The position numbers were made by a program, and so were the translations under genes. From assembly GCA_963665275.2 (NCBI GenBank), contig CAXXIN010000018.1:320001-384000 (forward strand): a stretch of 64,000 nt of DNA, given 5' to 3'. Each line of letters begins with the position of its first letter. Position 1 is the first letter of the stretch. Shown here piece by piece: positions 17,837 through 28,901 of the stretch. This stretch comes from Negativicutes bacterium (GTDB taxonomy: Bacteria; Bacillota; Negativicutes; UBA1444). The notes under the pieces were generated by a model. It did not search any database. It had not been told where the DNA came from and saw only the letters and a program-made list of their open reading frames with translations.

Positions 17837-20344
17837 ATGATTGAATTATTGGCTCCGGCCGGCAATCGCGAGGCCTTCACAGCGGCGCTGGAATGTGGTG
17901 CAGACGCGATATACCTGGGAGGAGAACAGTTCGGGGCAAGGCAATACGCTCCCAATTTTTCTCGCGATGAACTCGCACAGACAATCCGTCAGGCTCACTT
18001 ATTTGGTGTGCGGGTTTATATTACGGTGAATACGTTGATTGATGATTCTGAGATGCCGGCATTGCGGGACTATCTACGGTATCTTTATGAAGTGGGCGCC
18101 GATGCAGCGATTCTGCAGGATGTGGGGGTAGCTCGGGTAGCACGTAAAGTGGCGCCCAAACTGCCGATTCATGCGAGTACGCAGATGACAGCCTACGATC
18201 TGCCGGCAGTGAATTTGCTGTCGGACTATGGCTTTAACCGAGTGATTCTGGCCCGTGAACTATCGCTATCTGAAATCGCCGGAATATGCCGCAAGGCAAG
18301 GTGTGAAATAGAAACCTTCATTCATGGCGCTTTGTGCATCTGTTATTCCGGACAGTGCCTGATGTCCAGCCTAATCGGGGGGAGAAGCGGGAACCGTGGT
18401 CGCTGTGCCCAACCGTGCCGGCTGCCGTATCATTTGACGGATGCCCAGGGGCACGATACACTAGCAGGACTCGGCATCGGAGAATATCTGCTGAGTCCGA
18501 AAGATTTCCAGACGATTGAGGTCATACCCGAATTTATCAAGGCCGGAGTGGCCAGCCTCAAAATAGAAGGACGGATGAAACGGCCCGAGTATGTGGCAGT
18601 TGTCGTGGATGCTTACCGTCGCGCCATCGACCGTTCGCAGGCGGACCCTGATCATTATGAAACACCGGCGGAAGATTTGCGGGAGATGGAGCAGATTTTC
18701 AACCGTGGTTTTACGAGCGCACACCTATTTGGCAAAAATTCGCGGGAGATGATGAGCGACCGCCGACCCAACAACCGGGGAGTTCTCATTGGCCGTGTTC
18801 TCCACTATCTGCCGCGGGAACGCGAGATGATTCTGAAGTTGGACGGACCGCTGGCTGTCGGTGATATTGTCGAGGCGTGGGTCAAAGTGGGCGGACGGGT
18901 CAATATGGAAGTTCGAAAATTGCTGGTGGATGGGGTGGCCGTCAGCGAGGCGGAAGCACCGCAGGAAGTGATTGTGGACTGTCAGGAACAGGTCCGCCCC
19001 GGCGACAGGGTATTCAAAACCTTTGATGCTCGCTTGACTGAAAAAGCCCGCTCTTGGTTTGGCAAGCCTTATGCTCGACGCCGCATACCGATCAGTATGA
19101 CGGTAGCGGCTGCAGTCGGTCAGCCGTTGCGAATCGAAATGAAGGATCGAAGTGGAAATGTGGGCGTCGCTGATACCTTGTATATCGGGCAGGCGGCCCG
19201 TAATCGACCGCTGACGCCAGAAAGCATTGAGAGCCAGTGTTCCCGTCTGGGGAATACCCCTTTTCGTATTGAATCCTTTTCTGCCCAGATAGATGGCGAA
19301 GTAATGGTGCCGGTATCTGAAATCAATGATGCACGGCGGCGCGCGGTCGAGCAATTGGAAGGCGCCCGTTTGTCCGGTTACAGCCGTTCACCGCTGCCAA
19401 CGGAAGTAGCACAGGACGGAGGCAAAACTGCGCGTTCTCGGATTACAGCTGCAATGGACGCAAGCGTTGGAACTCCGGCGTTGGTTGTCAAAGTCGATAC
19501 GCAGGAGCAAGCCCGTGCTGCTTTGTCTGGCGGCGCCGACTGGCTCATGCTCAGCGGTGAAAGGTTTCATGGCAGCCTGTTCGAACGGGATGATTATGAA
19601 ACAATCTTGTCTATGGTTCGCAATGCTGGGAAAAAGACGGTATTTTGCTTGCCCAGAATCGTGCGTGATCGCTGCGAAGCTGAAGTGGAACAACGGATTT
19701 CCTGGTTTGCAGAAATGGTTCCGGATGCTGTGGGCGTTGGAAACCTGGGAACATTATCAAGAGTGAAGGAAAAAGGCGGCTTGAGGATTCACGCCGACTA
19801 TCCGCTCAATTTGTTCAATTCTGAAGCGCTGGAGTTTGTCCGTGATCAGGGCGCAACCAGCGTCACCCTGTCGCCGGAACTGACGTTTCTGCAAGTGCAG
19901 AAGCTGGCTCAGTCAACGATCTTACCGTTGGAATGCCTGGTTCATGGACGGATTACTTTGATGATTTCGGAGTTTTGCGCTTTAGGGGCTTATCTGGGCG
20001 AGCAGGGTGGGAATGCCTGTTCTGGAGCCTGCCATCAGGGTGAGTTTCGTCTACAGGATCGAAAAGGTGAATTTTTCCCAGTCGTCAGCGACGAGGCCTG
20101 TCGGATGCATATTCTCAACGGGAAAGAACTTTCGATGCTGCCCCATGTGCCGCGCTTTGGCCAGGTCGGCATCGCCCGCCTTCGCATCGAAGCCTGTCAT
20201 ATGAAGCCAGAAGAAATCGTGAACATTGTTGGCGCCTATCGACGGGCCCTTGATGCCGGGCCGCAAGGGTTGCCGGCGGCAGACATCGAGGCTGTCGAGC
20301 ATGCCGACATTACCCGCGGACATTATTTCCGCGGAGTACTATGA
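17837..20344 (+). CDS. U32 family protein with DUF3656 (RlhA-like rRNA hydroxylation)
   Basis: ELLAPAG, HASTQM, HGALCICYSGQC..SGNRGRCAQPCR, KIEGRMK, C-terminal TRGHYFRGV. Confidence 0.88.
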   Translation: MIELLAPAGNREAFTAALECGADAIYLGGEQFGARQYAPNFSRDELAQTIRQAHLFGVRVYITVNTLIDDSEMPALRDYLRYLYEVGADAAILQDVGVARVARKVAPKLPIHASTQMTAYDLPAVNLLSDYGFNRVILARELSLSEIAGICRKARCEIETFIHGALCICYSGQCLMSSLIGGRSGNRGRCAQPCRLPYHLTDAQGHDTLAGLGIGEYLLSPKDFQTIEVIPEFIKAGVASLKIEGRMKRPEYVAVVVDAYRRAIDRSQADPDHYETPAEDLREMEQIFNRGFTSAHLFGKNSREMMSDRRPNNRGVLIGRVLHYLPREREMILKLDGPLAVGDIVEAWVKVGGRVNMEVRKLLVDGVAVSEAEAPQEVIVDCQEQVRPGDRVFKTFDARLTEKARSWFGKPYARRRIPISMTVAAAVGQPLRIEMKDRSGNVGVADTLYIGQAARNRPLTPESIESQCSRLGNTPFRIESFSAQIDGEVMVPVSEINDARRRAVEQLEGARLSGYSRSPLPTEVAQDGGKTARSRITAAMDASVGTPALVVKVDTQEQARAALSGGADWLMLSGERFHGSLFERDDYETILSMVRNAGKKTVFCLPRIVRDRCEAEVEQRISWFAEMVPDAVGVGNLGTLSRVKEKGGLRIHADYPLNLFNSEALEFVRDQGATSVTLSPELTFLQVQKLAQSTILPLECLVHGRITLMISEFCALGAYLGEQGGNACSGACHQGEFRLQDRKGEFFPVVSDEACRMHILNGKELSMLPHVPRFGQVGIARLRIEACHMKPEEIVNIVGAYRRALDAGPQGLPAADIEAVEHADITRGHYFRGVL

Positions 20345-20367
20345 TTTATCATCTGGAGGAGGCCCGA

Positions 20368-22740
20368 ATGGATCCATCCGCTCTGAGAACCCTGGAATAC
20401 GCCAAGGTCGTCGCCCGTCTTGCTGAATATACTTCAACCCAGCGGGGGCGTGAACTCGCGGAGGCGTTGCAGCCGTCGTCTGACATCTCGAAAGTTATGG
20501 GAGATCTGGAGCTTACCGCTGATGCTGTTTCGGTTCTGCGGCAATCTCCGGCTGTTCCCTTTGGCGGAATTCGTGATCTGAGGCAAATATTGGGGCGGGC
20601 CCGTCTCGGCGGCGGCCTGTCCGGTGATGAACTCCTGGCGGTCGGGTCGACGTTGCGCGCGGCGCGCTTGATGAAAGGATTTTTTGCGGATCTGCCTGAT
20701 CCGGTAGGCGCTTTGCAGGGGTGGGCATCAGGACTGACTGTTCTTCGCACCACAGAAGTCGCCATTGAAAGAGCGATTGACGATAGCGGTTCGGTGAAAG
20801 ACGAAGCCAGCGATAAGCTTGGACAAGTCCGGCGTGAAATTCGCACGTTGCAGGGGCGCCTCAAAGATAAACTCGACTCCATTTTGCGTTCCAGCCAATA
20901 TCGGACTTACTTTCAAGACGCCTTGTATACGATGCGTGGCGACCGCTACGTCATACCCATCAAGCAAGAATACCGACATCAGTTTCCTGGTATCCTGCAC
21001 GATCAATCCGCCAGCGGTGCTACTGTTTACATCGAACCAATGGCTCTGGTGAACCTGAATAATGATCTAAAGGGACTGACTTCCACTGAACAGGTCGAGG
21101 TTGAAAAAATTCTGCTGTCGCTGTCTGTTCATGTTTCTGCACAGGCCGATGCCATCGAGGGCAATTGTGATATTCTGGCCCAGCTCGATTTTTTGTTTGC
21201 AAAAGCCCGAATGGGTTTGGATATGCGAGCTGTTAAACCGTTTTTTGTGGAGCCGGGACGGGTCAATTTGCGACAGGCGCGGCATCCTTTAATTTCACCA
21301 CTGACTGTCGTTCCGATCGATATTCGGATCGGCGGCGATTTTGATACGTTGTTAGTCACAGGGCCGAATACCGGCGGTAAAACAGTGGCGCTGAAAACGC
21401 TGGGACTCTTGACTCTGATGATGCAGTCCGGTTTATTTGTACCTGCGGCGCCTGAGTCGGAAATGACGCTGTTTGAAAATATCTTTGCCGATATCGGGGA
21501 TGAACAGAGCATTGAGCAATCTTTGAGTACATTCTCTGGCCACATGACGAATATTGTGCGTATTCTTGCCCACGTTACGCCACGGAGCCTGGTGCTGATC
21601 GACGAAATTGGCGCCGGAACGGATCCTGAAGAGGGCACTGCATTAGCTATGTCGATTCTAGAACATCTTCATGAGCAGGGAATCCGTACAGTAGCCACGA
21701 CTCACTACGGCGAGCTGAAAGCCTTTGCCTATACGCATGAAGGGGTTGAGAACGCATCCGTCGAGTTCGATCTGGAGACGCTAAGGCCTACATATCGTCT
21801 GTTGATCGGCGTAGCAGGCAGCAGCAACGCTTTTGCCATTTCGCAGCGACTCGGACTTTCGCCGGCAATCGTAGATAAAGCCAGAACTTTGACCGGTGGC
21901 GATCATCAAAAGTTCGAAACTGTTCTTTCAGTTATGGAAGAGCATAAAAAGGCCAGCGAAAGAGAGCGGGAAGAATCTTCCTCTTTGAAAATCGAAGCGA
22001 TGCGGCTCCGACAGATCATTGAAAAAGAAAAGCTCCTCTGGGAAAATAAAAAGCAGGAGATTCTGTCGAAGGCGCGTTCCGATGCAGATGAACTCATGAG
22101 GCAGACCCGCCTGGAGGCAGAAGAAGTCATTGCTGAGTTGAAAAAACAATTTTCCATGGCACAGCATGCTTCGCTGCAGGTCAGCATCGAAGGTGTTCGG
22201 AAACGAATCCGCGAGAAAATCAGCGAAGTTAATCCGCTATCAAGCGCCGCAGAACTGCAGGACTTTGCAACAGGTGAGAATGCGAAGCTGATCAGGGGCG
22301 CCGCCGTTTTCGTGGCAAACCTCGGGCAGCAGGGGACGGTACTTTCAGTAGACGGTGAATCGATTACCGTTCAACTGGGCGCTTTGAAGACAGTGGTGCC
22401 AGCATTTCAGTGCCGGGTTTTGAAACGAAGTGAGCAAAAAAATCGGGTCGGCAATGAGCGAACCAGTCGATCCACCGTGCAGGTTCAGCCAGAACCGGTT
22501 TCGCGCGAAATTGATATTCGCGGGCTGAACAATGAAGAAGCAGCCTATGTGCTGGATAAATATATTGATGATGCGTTACTGGCTGGTCTGGATTCGGTAT
22601 CAGTCATCCACGGCAAGGGAACCGGCGCCCTGCGCAAAGGGGTGCGAGCTTATTTAATGGCTCACCCACGGGTAAAAAGTGTGACGATCGGAGAAATCAA
22701 TCAAGGTGGCACGGGGGTTTCTGTCGCAAAATTATCATGA
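20368..22740 (+). CDS. mutS2: Endonuclease MutS2
   Basis: TGPNTGGKT, QSLSTFS, DEIGAGTDP, TTHY, Smr IHGKGTG. Confidence 0.95.
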   Translation: MDPSALRTLEYAKVVARLAEYTSTQRGRELAEALQPSSDISKVMGDLELTADAVSVLRQSPAVPFGGIRDLRQILGRARLGGGLSGDELLAVGSTLRAARLMKGFFADLPDPVGALQGWASGLTVLRTTEVAIERAIDDSGSVKDEASDKLGQVRREIRTLQGRLKDKLDSILRSSQYRTYFQDALYTMRGDRYVIPIKQEYRHQFPGILHDQSASGATVYIEPMALVNLNNDLKGLTSTEQVEVEKILLSLSVHVSAQADAIEGNCDILAQLDFLFAKARMGLDMRAVKPFFVEPGRVNLRQARHPLISPLTVVPIDIRIGGDFDTLLVTGPNTGGKTVALKTLGLLTLMMQSGLFVPAAPESEMTLFENIFADIGDEQSIEQSLSTFSGHMTNIVRILAHVTPRSLVLIDEIGAGTDPEEGTALAMSILEHLHEQGIRTVATTHYGELKAFAYTHEGVENASVEFDLETLRPTYRLLIGVAGSSNAFAISQRLGLSPAIVDKARTLTGGDHQKFETVLSVMEEHKKASEREREESSSLKIEAMRLRQIIEKEKLLWENKKQEILSKARSDADELMRQTRLEAEEVIAELKKQFSMAQHASLQVSIEGVRKRIREKISEVNPLSSAAELQDFATGENAKLIRGAAVFVANLGQQGTVLSVDGESITVQLGALKTVVPAFQCRVLKRSEQKNRVGNERTSRSTVQVQPEPVSREIDIRGLNNEEAAYVLDKYIDDALLAGLDSVSVIHGKGTGALRKGVRAYLMAHPRVKSVTIGEINQGGTGVSVAKLS

Positions 22741-22758
22741 GTAAAGGGGTGAGAAAAT

Positions 22759-23295
22759 ATGATTACAAAAAGTGCAGAAATGGAAGCGAGGGCACTGGAT
22801 GAAATCGTCGAACTGATGGCACTGGCGGCGAGGACGGCTCCCAAAGCGAAGGGAGTGGATAATCTGGTGGTGATTGCTGTGAGGGCAACTGCCAAAGATA
22901 AATTATCAACTGAGATGCATCGCATTTTTAAGGAAGATGGCGGGCTGCCAAATTTTGAACGCGATGCGGGTAATATTGAGAAAGCCGCCGTTGTATTGCT
23001 GCTGGGCCAGAGGGTGAAGCCTCTTGGACCCAGACCCTGTGGCTATTGCGGCTTCAAGGATTGCGAAGAGAATGTCAGAAACAATGGACTGTGCGCTATC
23101 AGCATCGGCGACCTCGGAATCGCGCTGGGTTCCGCAGTTAGTGTGGCGGCAGCACATCACGCAGACAACCGGATCATGTTTACCGCAGGTAGAGCTGCGC
23201 TGAACTTGAACTTATTCAATGATACACAGGTTAGGATCGCGTATGGGATTCCACTTTCGGTAACTGGGAAAAGCCCGTTTTTTGACCGCGGATAA
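22759..23295 (+). CDS. DUF2148 ferredoxin-domain protein (nitroreductase-like fold)
   Basis: AARTAPKAKG, CGYCGFKDC, DLGIALGSA, DNRIM, KSPFFDR. Confidence 0.8.
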   Translation: MITKSAEMEARALDEIVELMALAARTAPKAKGVDNLVVIAVRATAKDKLSTEMHRIFKEDGGLPNFERDAGNIEKAAVVLLLGQRVKPLGPRPCGYCGFKDCEENVRNNGLCAISIGDLGIALGSAVSVAAAHHADNRIMFTAGRAALNLNLFNDTQVRIAYGIPLSVTGKSPFFDRG

Positions 23296-23322
23296 CTCGA
23301 AAATAAAATGAATAGCGACATA

Positions 23323-23362
23323 AAAAAATCGGTGCTGGCAGGAATTGCCGACACCGATTTTT
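23323..23362. terminator. Bidirectional terminator
   Basis: AAAAAATCGGTG..GGCA-ggaat-TGCC..CACCGATTTTT between convergent genes. Confidence 0.75.
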
Positions 23363-23381
23363 TATATCATAGGGGGCGTTA

Positions 23382-24569
23382 TCACTCCAGATACTGTTGG
23401 AGCAGAAGGCGGTGTTCATTGGAACCAACCGTGTCCAATGCATATTTCAGCCGAGCAGAAAAAGATTTCTTCCGATCCTGCGGCAGGCGCAGTTTCAGGG
23501 AAATGATACGGTTGACTGAAGCATTAAGTCGGCTGAGAGGGATTTCTCCGCTTTGTATTGCTGACAAAATCGATAGATAGGCCGTAGGCAAGTCCTCCGG
23601 CATCAAAATGATATCGACTCCCGCATTGAATGCAATTTTGGCTGTCTGACCAGGATCCTTTAAGCCGGTAATCGCTTTCATATTCATCGCGTCAGTAATG
23701 ATGATTCCGGAGTATTCCAGTTCATTTCGCAGAAGATCCGTGACGATGGGATGGGAGAGGCTGGCCGGCCAGTTTGGAGTGGGGTCCAATGAAGGATAGG
23801 ACACATGAGCCATCATGATCAAATCAACGTTTGCCCGCAGGGCAGCCCGGAAAGGCAATAGCTCAACTGTCTGGAGGCGGTCTTCCGACTGATTGACGAC
23901 CGGCAGCACAAGGTGTGAGTCGGAACTCGTATCTCCATGGCCGGGGAAGTGTTTGGCCGCCGCTGCAATGCCGGCTAGGCGCAGTCCGCGTATGTATGAA
24001 CTGCCGAGCCGGGCAACAGTGTAGGGATCCTGACTGAAGGAACGATTGCCGATGACGGGATTCTCTGCACACGTATCAACATCCAGAACCGGAGCGAAAT
24101 TGATATTGAAACCCAATGTCTGCAACTCTTGACCAACGAGACTGCCTATATTCTGCAGGGAAGCGTCGGGAAGTGCGCCCAACCTTCGGGCCTCTGGAAC
24201 AGCTACGGCGAAAGGCAGGCGAGAAACTCGCCCTCCTTCCTGGTCAATTGCGACGAAAACAGGGAGCTTTGCTGATTGACGAAGCTCTTCAGTCAGCTGC
24301 ATGGTTTGAAGAATCGTGGGCGTATGTCGTGAAAACAGTATGAATCCGCCAGGGTGATAGTTGCGGATTATCGATTCCAGATCTCCGTCAGCGGCGACGA
24401 TGAATAACTGCCCGATTTTTTCTTCCAAAGTCATGCGGGACAGAATTTTGTCTACCTTATCCTCCATTGGCGTCATCGGGCTGACCAGAGGATTAACGGC
24501 TGAGAAGGCGATCGGGAATTGGAGCATTGCAACAATGAATGCAAAGATCAATATAAATCGAATCGACAA
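23382..24569 (-). CDS. nagZ: GH3 beta-N-acetylhexosaminidase with N-terminal hydrophobic segment
   Basis: DQEGGRV, FAPVLD, KHFPGHG..DSH, ITDAMNM; TTG start after GGAGGG (track start 24827 overlaps PBP1A and is too long). Confidence 0.85.
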   Translation of the reverse strand: MSIRFILIFAFIVAMLQFPIAFSAVNPLVSPMTPMEDKVDKILSRMTLEEKIGQLFIVAADGDLESIIRNYHPGGFILFSRHTPTILQTMQLTEELRQSAKLPVFVAIDQEGGRVSRLPFAVAVPEARRLGALPDASLQNIGSLVGQELQTLGFNINFAPVLDVDTCAENPVIGNRSFSQDPYTVARLGSSYIRGLRLAGIAAAAKHFPGHGDTSSDSHLVLPVVNQSEDRLQTVELLPFRAALRANVDLIMMAHVSYPSLDPTPNWPASLSHPIVTDLLRNELEYSGIIITDAMNMKAITGLKDPGQTAKIAFNAGVDIILMPEDLPTAYLSILSAIQSGEIPLSRLNASVNRIISLKLRLPQDRKKSFSARLKYALDTVGSNEHRLLLQQYLE

Positions 24570-24633
24570 GCCATATCCCTCCATTACAAAGATGCGGCGC
24601 CGTAGATAGGCGCCGCAAAATAGGTAAGAATGA

Positions 24634-26814
24634 CTAATTAGTTGGTGCTTTGCCGGGTGGAGTCGCTGGTGGTTTGGTCGTAGCAGGTGGAGACTCGGGT
24701 TTCTTGCTTGGGGTTGTGGTTTTGCCGGACTGGCCCGGAATTGGTGTATCTGTTTTTGCTCCAGGAGGAGCATTCGGGTCAGTTGGCGGCTGAGCTGTTG
24801 AATGCTGTTTGGGTTGAGTTCCATCAATAAAATAATCAGTAATTACGTCTTTATTTTTAGGATCTGTTACTAATCCACCGTCCCTCGTAGATACGGTAAC
24901 TGAGGTGATGCCACGCGGACGGGGAAAATCTTTCACTGGGATCTTGGCTGTGGCTTCTTTCATGAAAAGTCGCCAGATGGTGGCCGGGGTTTCGCCCCCA
25001 GTGGTTCCATCCAACTTTCCTTCACTGTCAAAACCGATCCATACAGCAGTGGAAATGTCGGGGGTAAAGCCAACGAACCAAGCGTCCTTATGCTCGTCTG
25101 TAGTTCCCGTTTTGCCGGCAGCGGGTCTGCCAATATTTGCGCCTGTGCCGGTTCCTCGCGTAATAACTCCTTTCATCATATCAGTGAGGAGAAAAGCTAC
25201 TTTTTCATTGATAACCATACGTTCTTTCGGCACGTGTTGTTCAAGGATTTTCCCATTACGATCTTCCACTTTGAGGATGGTGACCGGTTCAACCCGAATT
25301 CCTTGATTAGCCAATACGCCGAAGGCGCTGGCAATGTCCAAGGGGGTTACGCCGCGGGTTAATCCACCCAAAGCCATGGCGAGAGTGATATCGTTATTTG
25401 ATCCACTTGTTACCAAGGTAGTGATCCCCATGTTCTGCGCATTTCGGACAACGCGCTCCGGTGTGACTTCCTGAGCCAGCTTTACAGCGGGAACGTTGCG
25501 GGACAATTCCAGTGCCGTACGCAATGTAATAGGTCCTTTGAAAGTCCTGTCGTAATTCATCGGCGCGTAGCCGCCCACGCTAAAGGGTTTATCATCGATA
25601 ATGGAAGCAGGAGACTTGCCACTATCGAGGGCTGTCAGGTAAACAAAAGGTTTAAAAGCCGAACCAGGTTGACGTTCCGCCATTACAGCCCGGTTGAATT
25701 TGTCTGTGCCGCGTCCGCCGACCATCGCCTTTACATTTCCATTATGGGTATCGATTGCTACCAGTGCTCCCTGGGGTTGCTGCAGACCGTTCTTGTCAAT
25801 TGAAATGGACGGCAGCTCCCGCATCGCTTTCTCGGCAGCTTTCTGCATGTCCAAATCAAGACTGGTATAGATCTTCAGTCCTTCCTTATATACAGTATCC
25901 GCACCATATTTATCGATTAGTTGCGAGGTTACGTATTCAATGAAATAGGATGCTGAAACTTCGATATCCTTGTCCTTCTGTTTAGGGTCGGGTTTGACAG
26001 GCTCGCTGTTCTCAGCTAGTTTAAGGGGAACCGCTTTGTTTTTATTGGCTGTTGCCTGGTCGAGGTATTCATATTTCACCATCTGATCCAAGACAGTTGC
26101 TTGTCTCTCTTTGGCAGCTTTTATGCTATTGAAGGGCGAGTAGTAATTCGGGCTTTTGGGCAAACCGGCCAGCATGGCGCATTCAGCGAGATTTAGCTTG
26201 TCGACGCTTTTGCCAAAATAAGTTTGTGAGGCCGCTTCGACGCCGTAAGCGCCAGCCCCAAAATAAATTTGATTCAGATAGAGCTCAAGTATTTCATTCT
26301 TGGTGTATTGCTTTTCGATTTGAAACGCAATGATCATCTCTTGGACTTTGCGTTTCCAGGTGCGTTCTTGGGTAAGGAAAGCATTTTTGGCCAACTGTTG
26401 AGTTATAGTGCTGCCGCCTTCTGAAACTCCGCCAGCTGAAATGTTGATCCACAAAGCCCGTAGAATAGCGCGCGGGTCAATTCCGCTGTGTTGGTAGAAT
26501 CGGTTGTCCTCCAGGGCAACAAATGCATTTTGCAAATCCTTGGGAATCTTATCCAGAGTTACCGGCAAACGATTTTCCACAGCGTGCAATACCGTAATCA
26601 ATTTGCCATTCACATCAAAAACCTGAGCTGAAGCTGCCGGTCGAATGTCGCCGCGGAGATTCGGCGCCGACTGAATCGTCGCGGATAAGAAACCGAGACC
26701 GACGCCAATTCCAATCACGAGAAATGCCATAATGCCTACAATGATGATCGCTGTAGCGGAACCTCGGGATTGATTTCGCGAGTTGCTAACGGCGAACGAA
26801 AAATACTTGCGCAT
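24634..26814 (-). CDS. Class A penicillin-binding protein (PBP1A)
   Basis: EDNRF..H, GGSTITQQLAK, RK..E, SAFK, SRN, KTGT; Pro/Thr-rich tail. Confidence 0.93.
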   Translation of the reverse strand: MRKYFSFAVSNSRNQSRGSATAIIIVGIMAFLVIGIGVGLGFLSATIQSAPNLRGDIRPAASAQVFDVNGKLITVLHAVENRLPVTLDKIPKDLQNAFVALEDNRFYQHSGIDPRAILRALWINISAGGVSEGGSTITQQLAKNAFLTQERTWKRKVQEMIIAFQIEKQYTKNEILELYLNQIYFGAGAYGVEAASQTYFGKSVDKLNLAECAMLAGLPKSPNYYSPFNSIKAAKERQATVLDQMVKYEYLDQATANKNKAVPLKLAENSEPVKPDPKQKDKDIEVSASYFIEYVTSQLIDKYGADTVYKEGLKIYTSLDLDMQKAAEKAMRELPSISIDKNGLQQPQGALVAIDTHNGNVKAMVGGRGTDKFNRAVMAERQPGSAFKPFVYLTALDSGKSPASIIDDKPFSVGGYAPMNYDRTFKGPITLRTALELSRNVPAVKLAQEVTPERVVRNAQNMGITTLVTSGSNNDITLAMALGGLTRGVTPLDIASAFGVLANQGIRVEPVTILKVEDRNGKILEQHVPKERMVINEKVAFLLTDMMKGVITRGTGTGANIGRPAAGKTGTTDEHKDAWFVGFTPDISTAVWIGFDSEGKLDGTTGGETPATIWRLFMKEATAKIPVKDFPRPRGITSVTVSTRDGGLVTDPKNKDVITDYFIDGTQPKQHSTAQPPTDPNAPPGAKTDTPIPGQSGKTTTPSKKPESPPATTKPPATPPGKAPTN

Positions 26815-27032
26815 AACATACCCCCAGTCTTTACACCAAAATATTATATCACAAAATTATTGGGTGTTGATAGACGCAGGGATAGGGAGCTTTTGCATCG
26901 AAATAGTCTTTTATGTTATACTCTCGTTGAAGTCCGAGCGGAGCGCCTGTTTTAGGGTTTTGCGGCGACTGCTCAGGTCTCGCGGGATATCTTAATATTT
27001 GACAATTTATATTTAAAGGAGTTGTATAATTC

Positions 27033-27776
27033 ATGTCAGGGCATTCAAAATGGGCGAATATCAAGCATAAAAAAGGTCGGGCAGATGCCGCCCGCGGAGC
27101 TGCAACCACTAAAATAGGCCGTGAAATCACTACTGCCGTTAGAATTTCCGGAGCAGATCCCAGCGGGAATATGCGCCTGAAGCTGGCGTTGCAAAAAGCC
27201 CGCGAAAATAACATCCCCAAAGAAAATATCCAGCGGGCGATCCAAAAAGGCCAGGGAACGCTTGAGGGTTCAAGTTATGAAGAAATCACTTATGAAGGTT
27301 ATGGTATCGCCGGTGTTGCTCTGTTGGTTGAAACCATGACGGACAACCGGAACCGGACCGCGGCGGAAATGCGTCATATATTTTCAAAAAATGGTGGAAA
27401 TATGGGGGAATCCGGCTGTGTTTCCTGGATGTTTCATAAAAAAGGCCTGATATTGATCGATAAGACGCCGGAATTGCAGGAAGAAGACTTGTTGGCGATC
27501 GTACTGGATGCCGGCGCTGAAGATATGAACAGTGACGAGGATCAGTTCGAGATAACATGCGCGCCCGAAGACTTCGAAGGGCTTGTGAATGCGTTGGAAG
27601 CTGCTAAGGTAAAATGGGAGTCGGCTGAAATCAGTATGATCCCGGAAACGTCCATTGCTCTTTCCGGAGATGATGTGACCCGCTTGATGCGCTTGGTTGA
27701 TGCACTGGAAGAGCAGGATGATGTTCAGAACGTATATGGAAATTTTGATGTGCCAGACGAGGAAGAAGACGATTAG
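27033..27776 (+). CDS. yebC: YebC/PmpR family protein
   Basis: MSGHSKWANIKHKK, YEGYG, TDNRNRT. Confidence 0.95.
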   Translation: MSGHSKWANIKHKKGRADAARGAATTKIGREITTAVRISGADPSGNMRLKLALQKARENNIPKENIQRAIQKGQGTLEGSSYEEITYEGYGIAGVALLVETMTDNRNRTAAEMRHIFSKNGGNMGESGCVSWMFHKKGLILIDKTPELQEEDLLAIVLDAGAEDMNSDEDQFEITCAPEDFEGLVNALEAAKVKWESAEISMIPETSIALSGDDVTRLMRLVDALEEQDDVQNVYGNFDVPDEEEDD

Positions 27777-27800
27777 TCGCGGAGTCGGGAGGCAGCGGAT

Positions 27801-28292
27801 TTGATAGCCATGGGGATCGATCCAGGAAACGCAATATGCGGGTACGGGTTTGTAGAGCTCAACGGGAACTCCCTGCATAGCAGAATTTTCGGCGTGATCC
27901 GCACCACGCCATCCATGCGACGGGGCGAACGCCTGAAGATCCTGTATGATAGAATTTCCGAATTGATTCACGAAAACCGGCCTGATGTGGTGGGCGTAGA
28001 AAAATTATTTTTCAACCGCAATGTGACCACGGCGATGACAGTCAGCGAAGCGCGCGGCGTCATTTTGCTGGCGGTGGAGAGCCACGGAGTGGCATTGCTG
28101 GAACCAACTCCGTTGCAGGTTAAACAATCGGTAGTCGGGTACGGTCAGGCAACCAAGGAACAAGTTACCTATATGACTCAGCGCCTGCTTTGCCTGGAAA
28201 AGAAGCCGACTCCTGATGATGCGGCGGATGCCTTGGCAATTGCCATCTGCAGCGCGCATTCCAGTTCAGTCGAAAAAATCTGGCGAGGTTGA
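27801..28292 (+). CDS. ruvC: Holliday junction endonuclease RuvC
   Basis: GIDPG, VEKLFF, ARGV, DDAADALAIA. Confidence 0.95.
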   Translation: MIAMGIDPGNAICGYGFVELNGNSLHSRIFGVIRTTPSMRRGERLKILYDRISELIHENRPDVVGVEKLFFNRNVTTAMTVSEARGVILLAVESHGVALLEPTPLQVKQSVVGYGQATKEQVTYMTQRLLCLEKKPTPDDAADALAIAICSAHSSSVEKIWRG

Positions 28293-28296
28293 TGCT

Positions 28297-28899
28297 ATGA
28301 TCGGTTATCTTCGCGGCACGGTGGATCAGTTATTGATGGAAACCTGTTACATCGATGTTCAGGGTGTCGGGTACCGGGTGTTCATTCCTGCCTCGACACG
28401 CGATAAACTCGTCTGCGGGGTGGAGACGAAACTTTATACTTATCTGAGCGTGCGGGAAGACGCCCTGCTGTTATTTGGTTTTTTCACGCAGGAAGAGCAT
28501 GAGATGTTCCTACTGTTGCTGACGGTAACGGGAGTTGGCCCCAAAATGGCGCTGGCGATTCTTTCCGGGATCAAGCCGGAAGGAATTCGATCGGCTATCG
28601 GACGCAAAGACCTGGCGACTCTGACACGGGTCTCGGGAGTCGGCAAGAAAACGGCAGAACGAATCGTTCTGGAACTGCGGGATAAAATAGGTCAGATTGG
28701 TCCTGATGCGGCCTGTGAACCAGAAACCGGTTTGGCTGCCGCCGTTGACGGAAAAGCCTTCGATGAAGCTTTGGCGGCGCTGCTTTCTTTAGGCTACCAG
28801 TTGGCGGAGGTCATGCCGCATCTAAAGAAAATGACTGGCGATGGAAAAACGGCTGAAATGCTGATTCGATCCGTTTTGCGTGAAATGGGCGGGAGGTAG
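28297..28899 (+). CDS. ruvA: Holliday junction protein RuvA
   Basis: [32 protein letters not shown]. Confidence 0.95.
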   Translation: MIGYLRGTVDQLLMETCYIDVQGVGYRVFIPASTRDKLVCGVETKLYTYLSVREDALLLFGFFTQEEHEMFLLLLTVTGVGPKMALAILSGIKPEGIRSAIGRKDLATLTRVSGVGKKTAERIVLELRDKIGQIGPDAACEPETGLAAAVDGKAFDEALAALLSLGYQLAEVMPHLKKMTGDGKTAEMLIRSVLREMGGR

Positions 28900-28901
28900 T
28901 C

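Noticed and set aside
24570-24827. Long N-terminal extension of nagZ in the ORF track
   Set aside because: Overlaps the PBP1A tail and a hairpin; RBS supports a start near 24569
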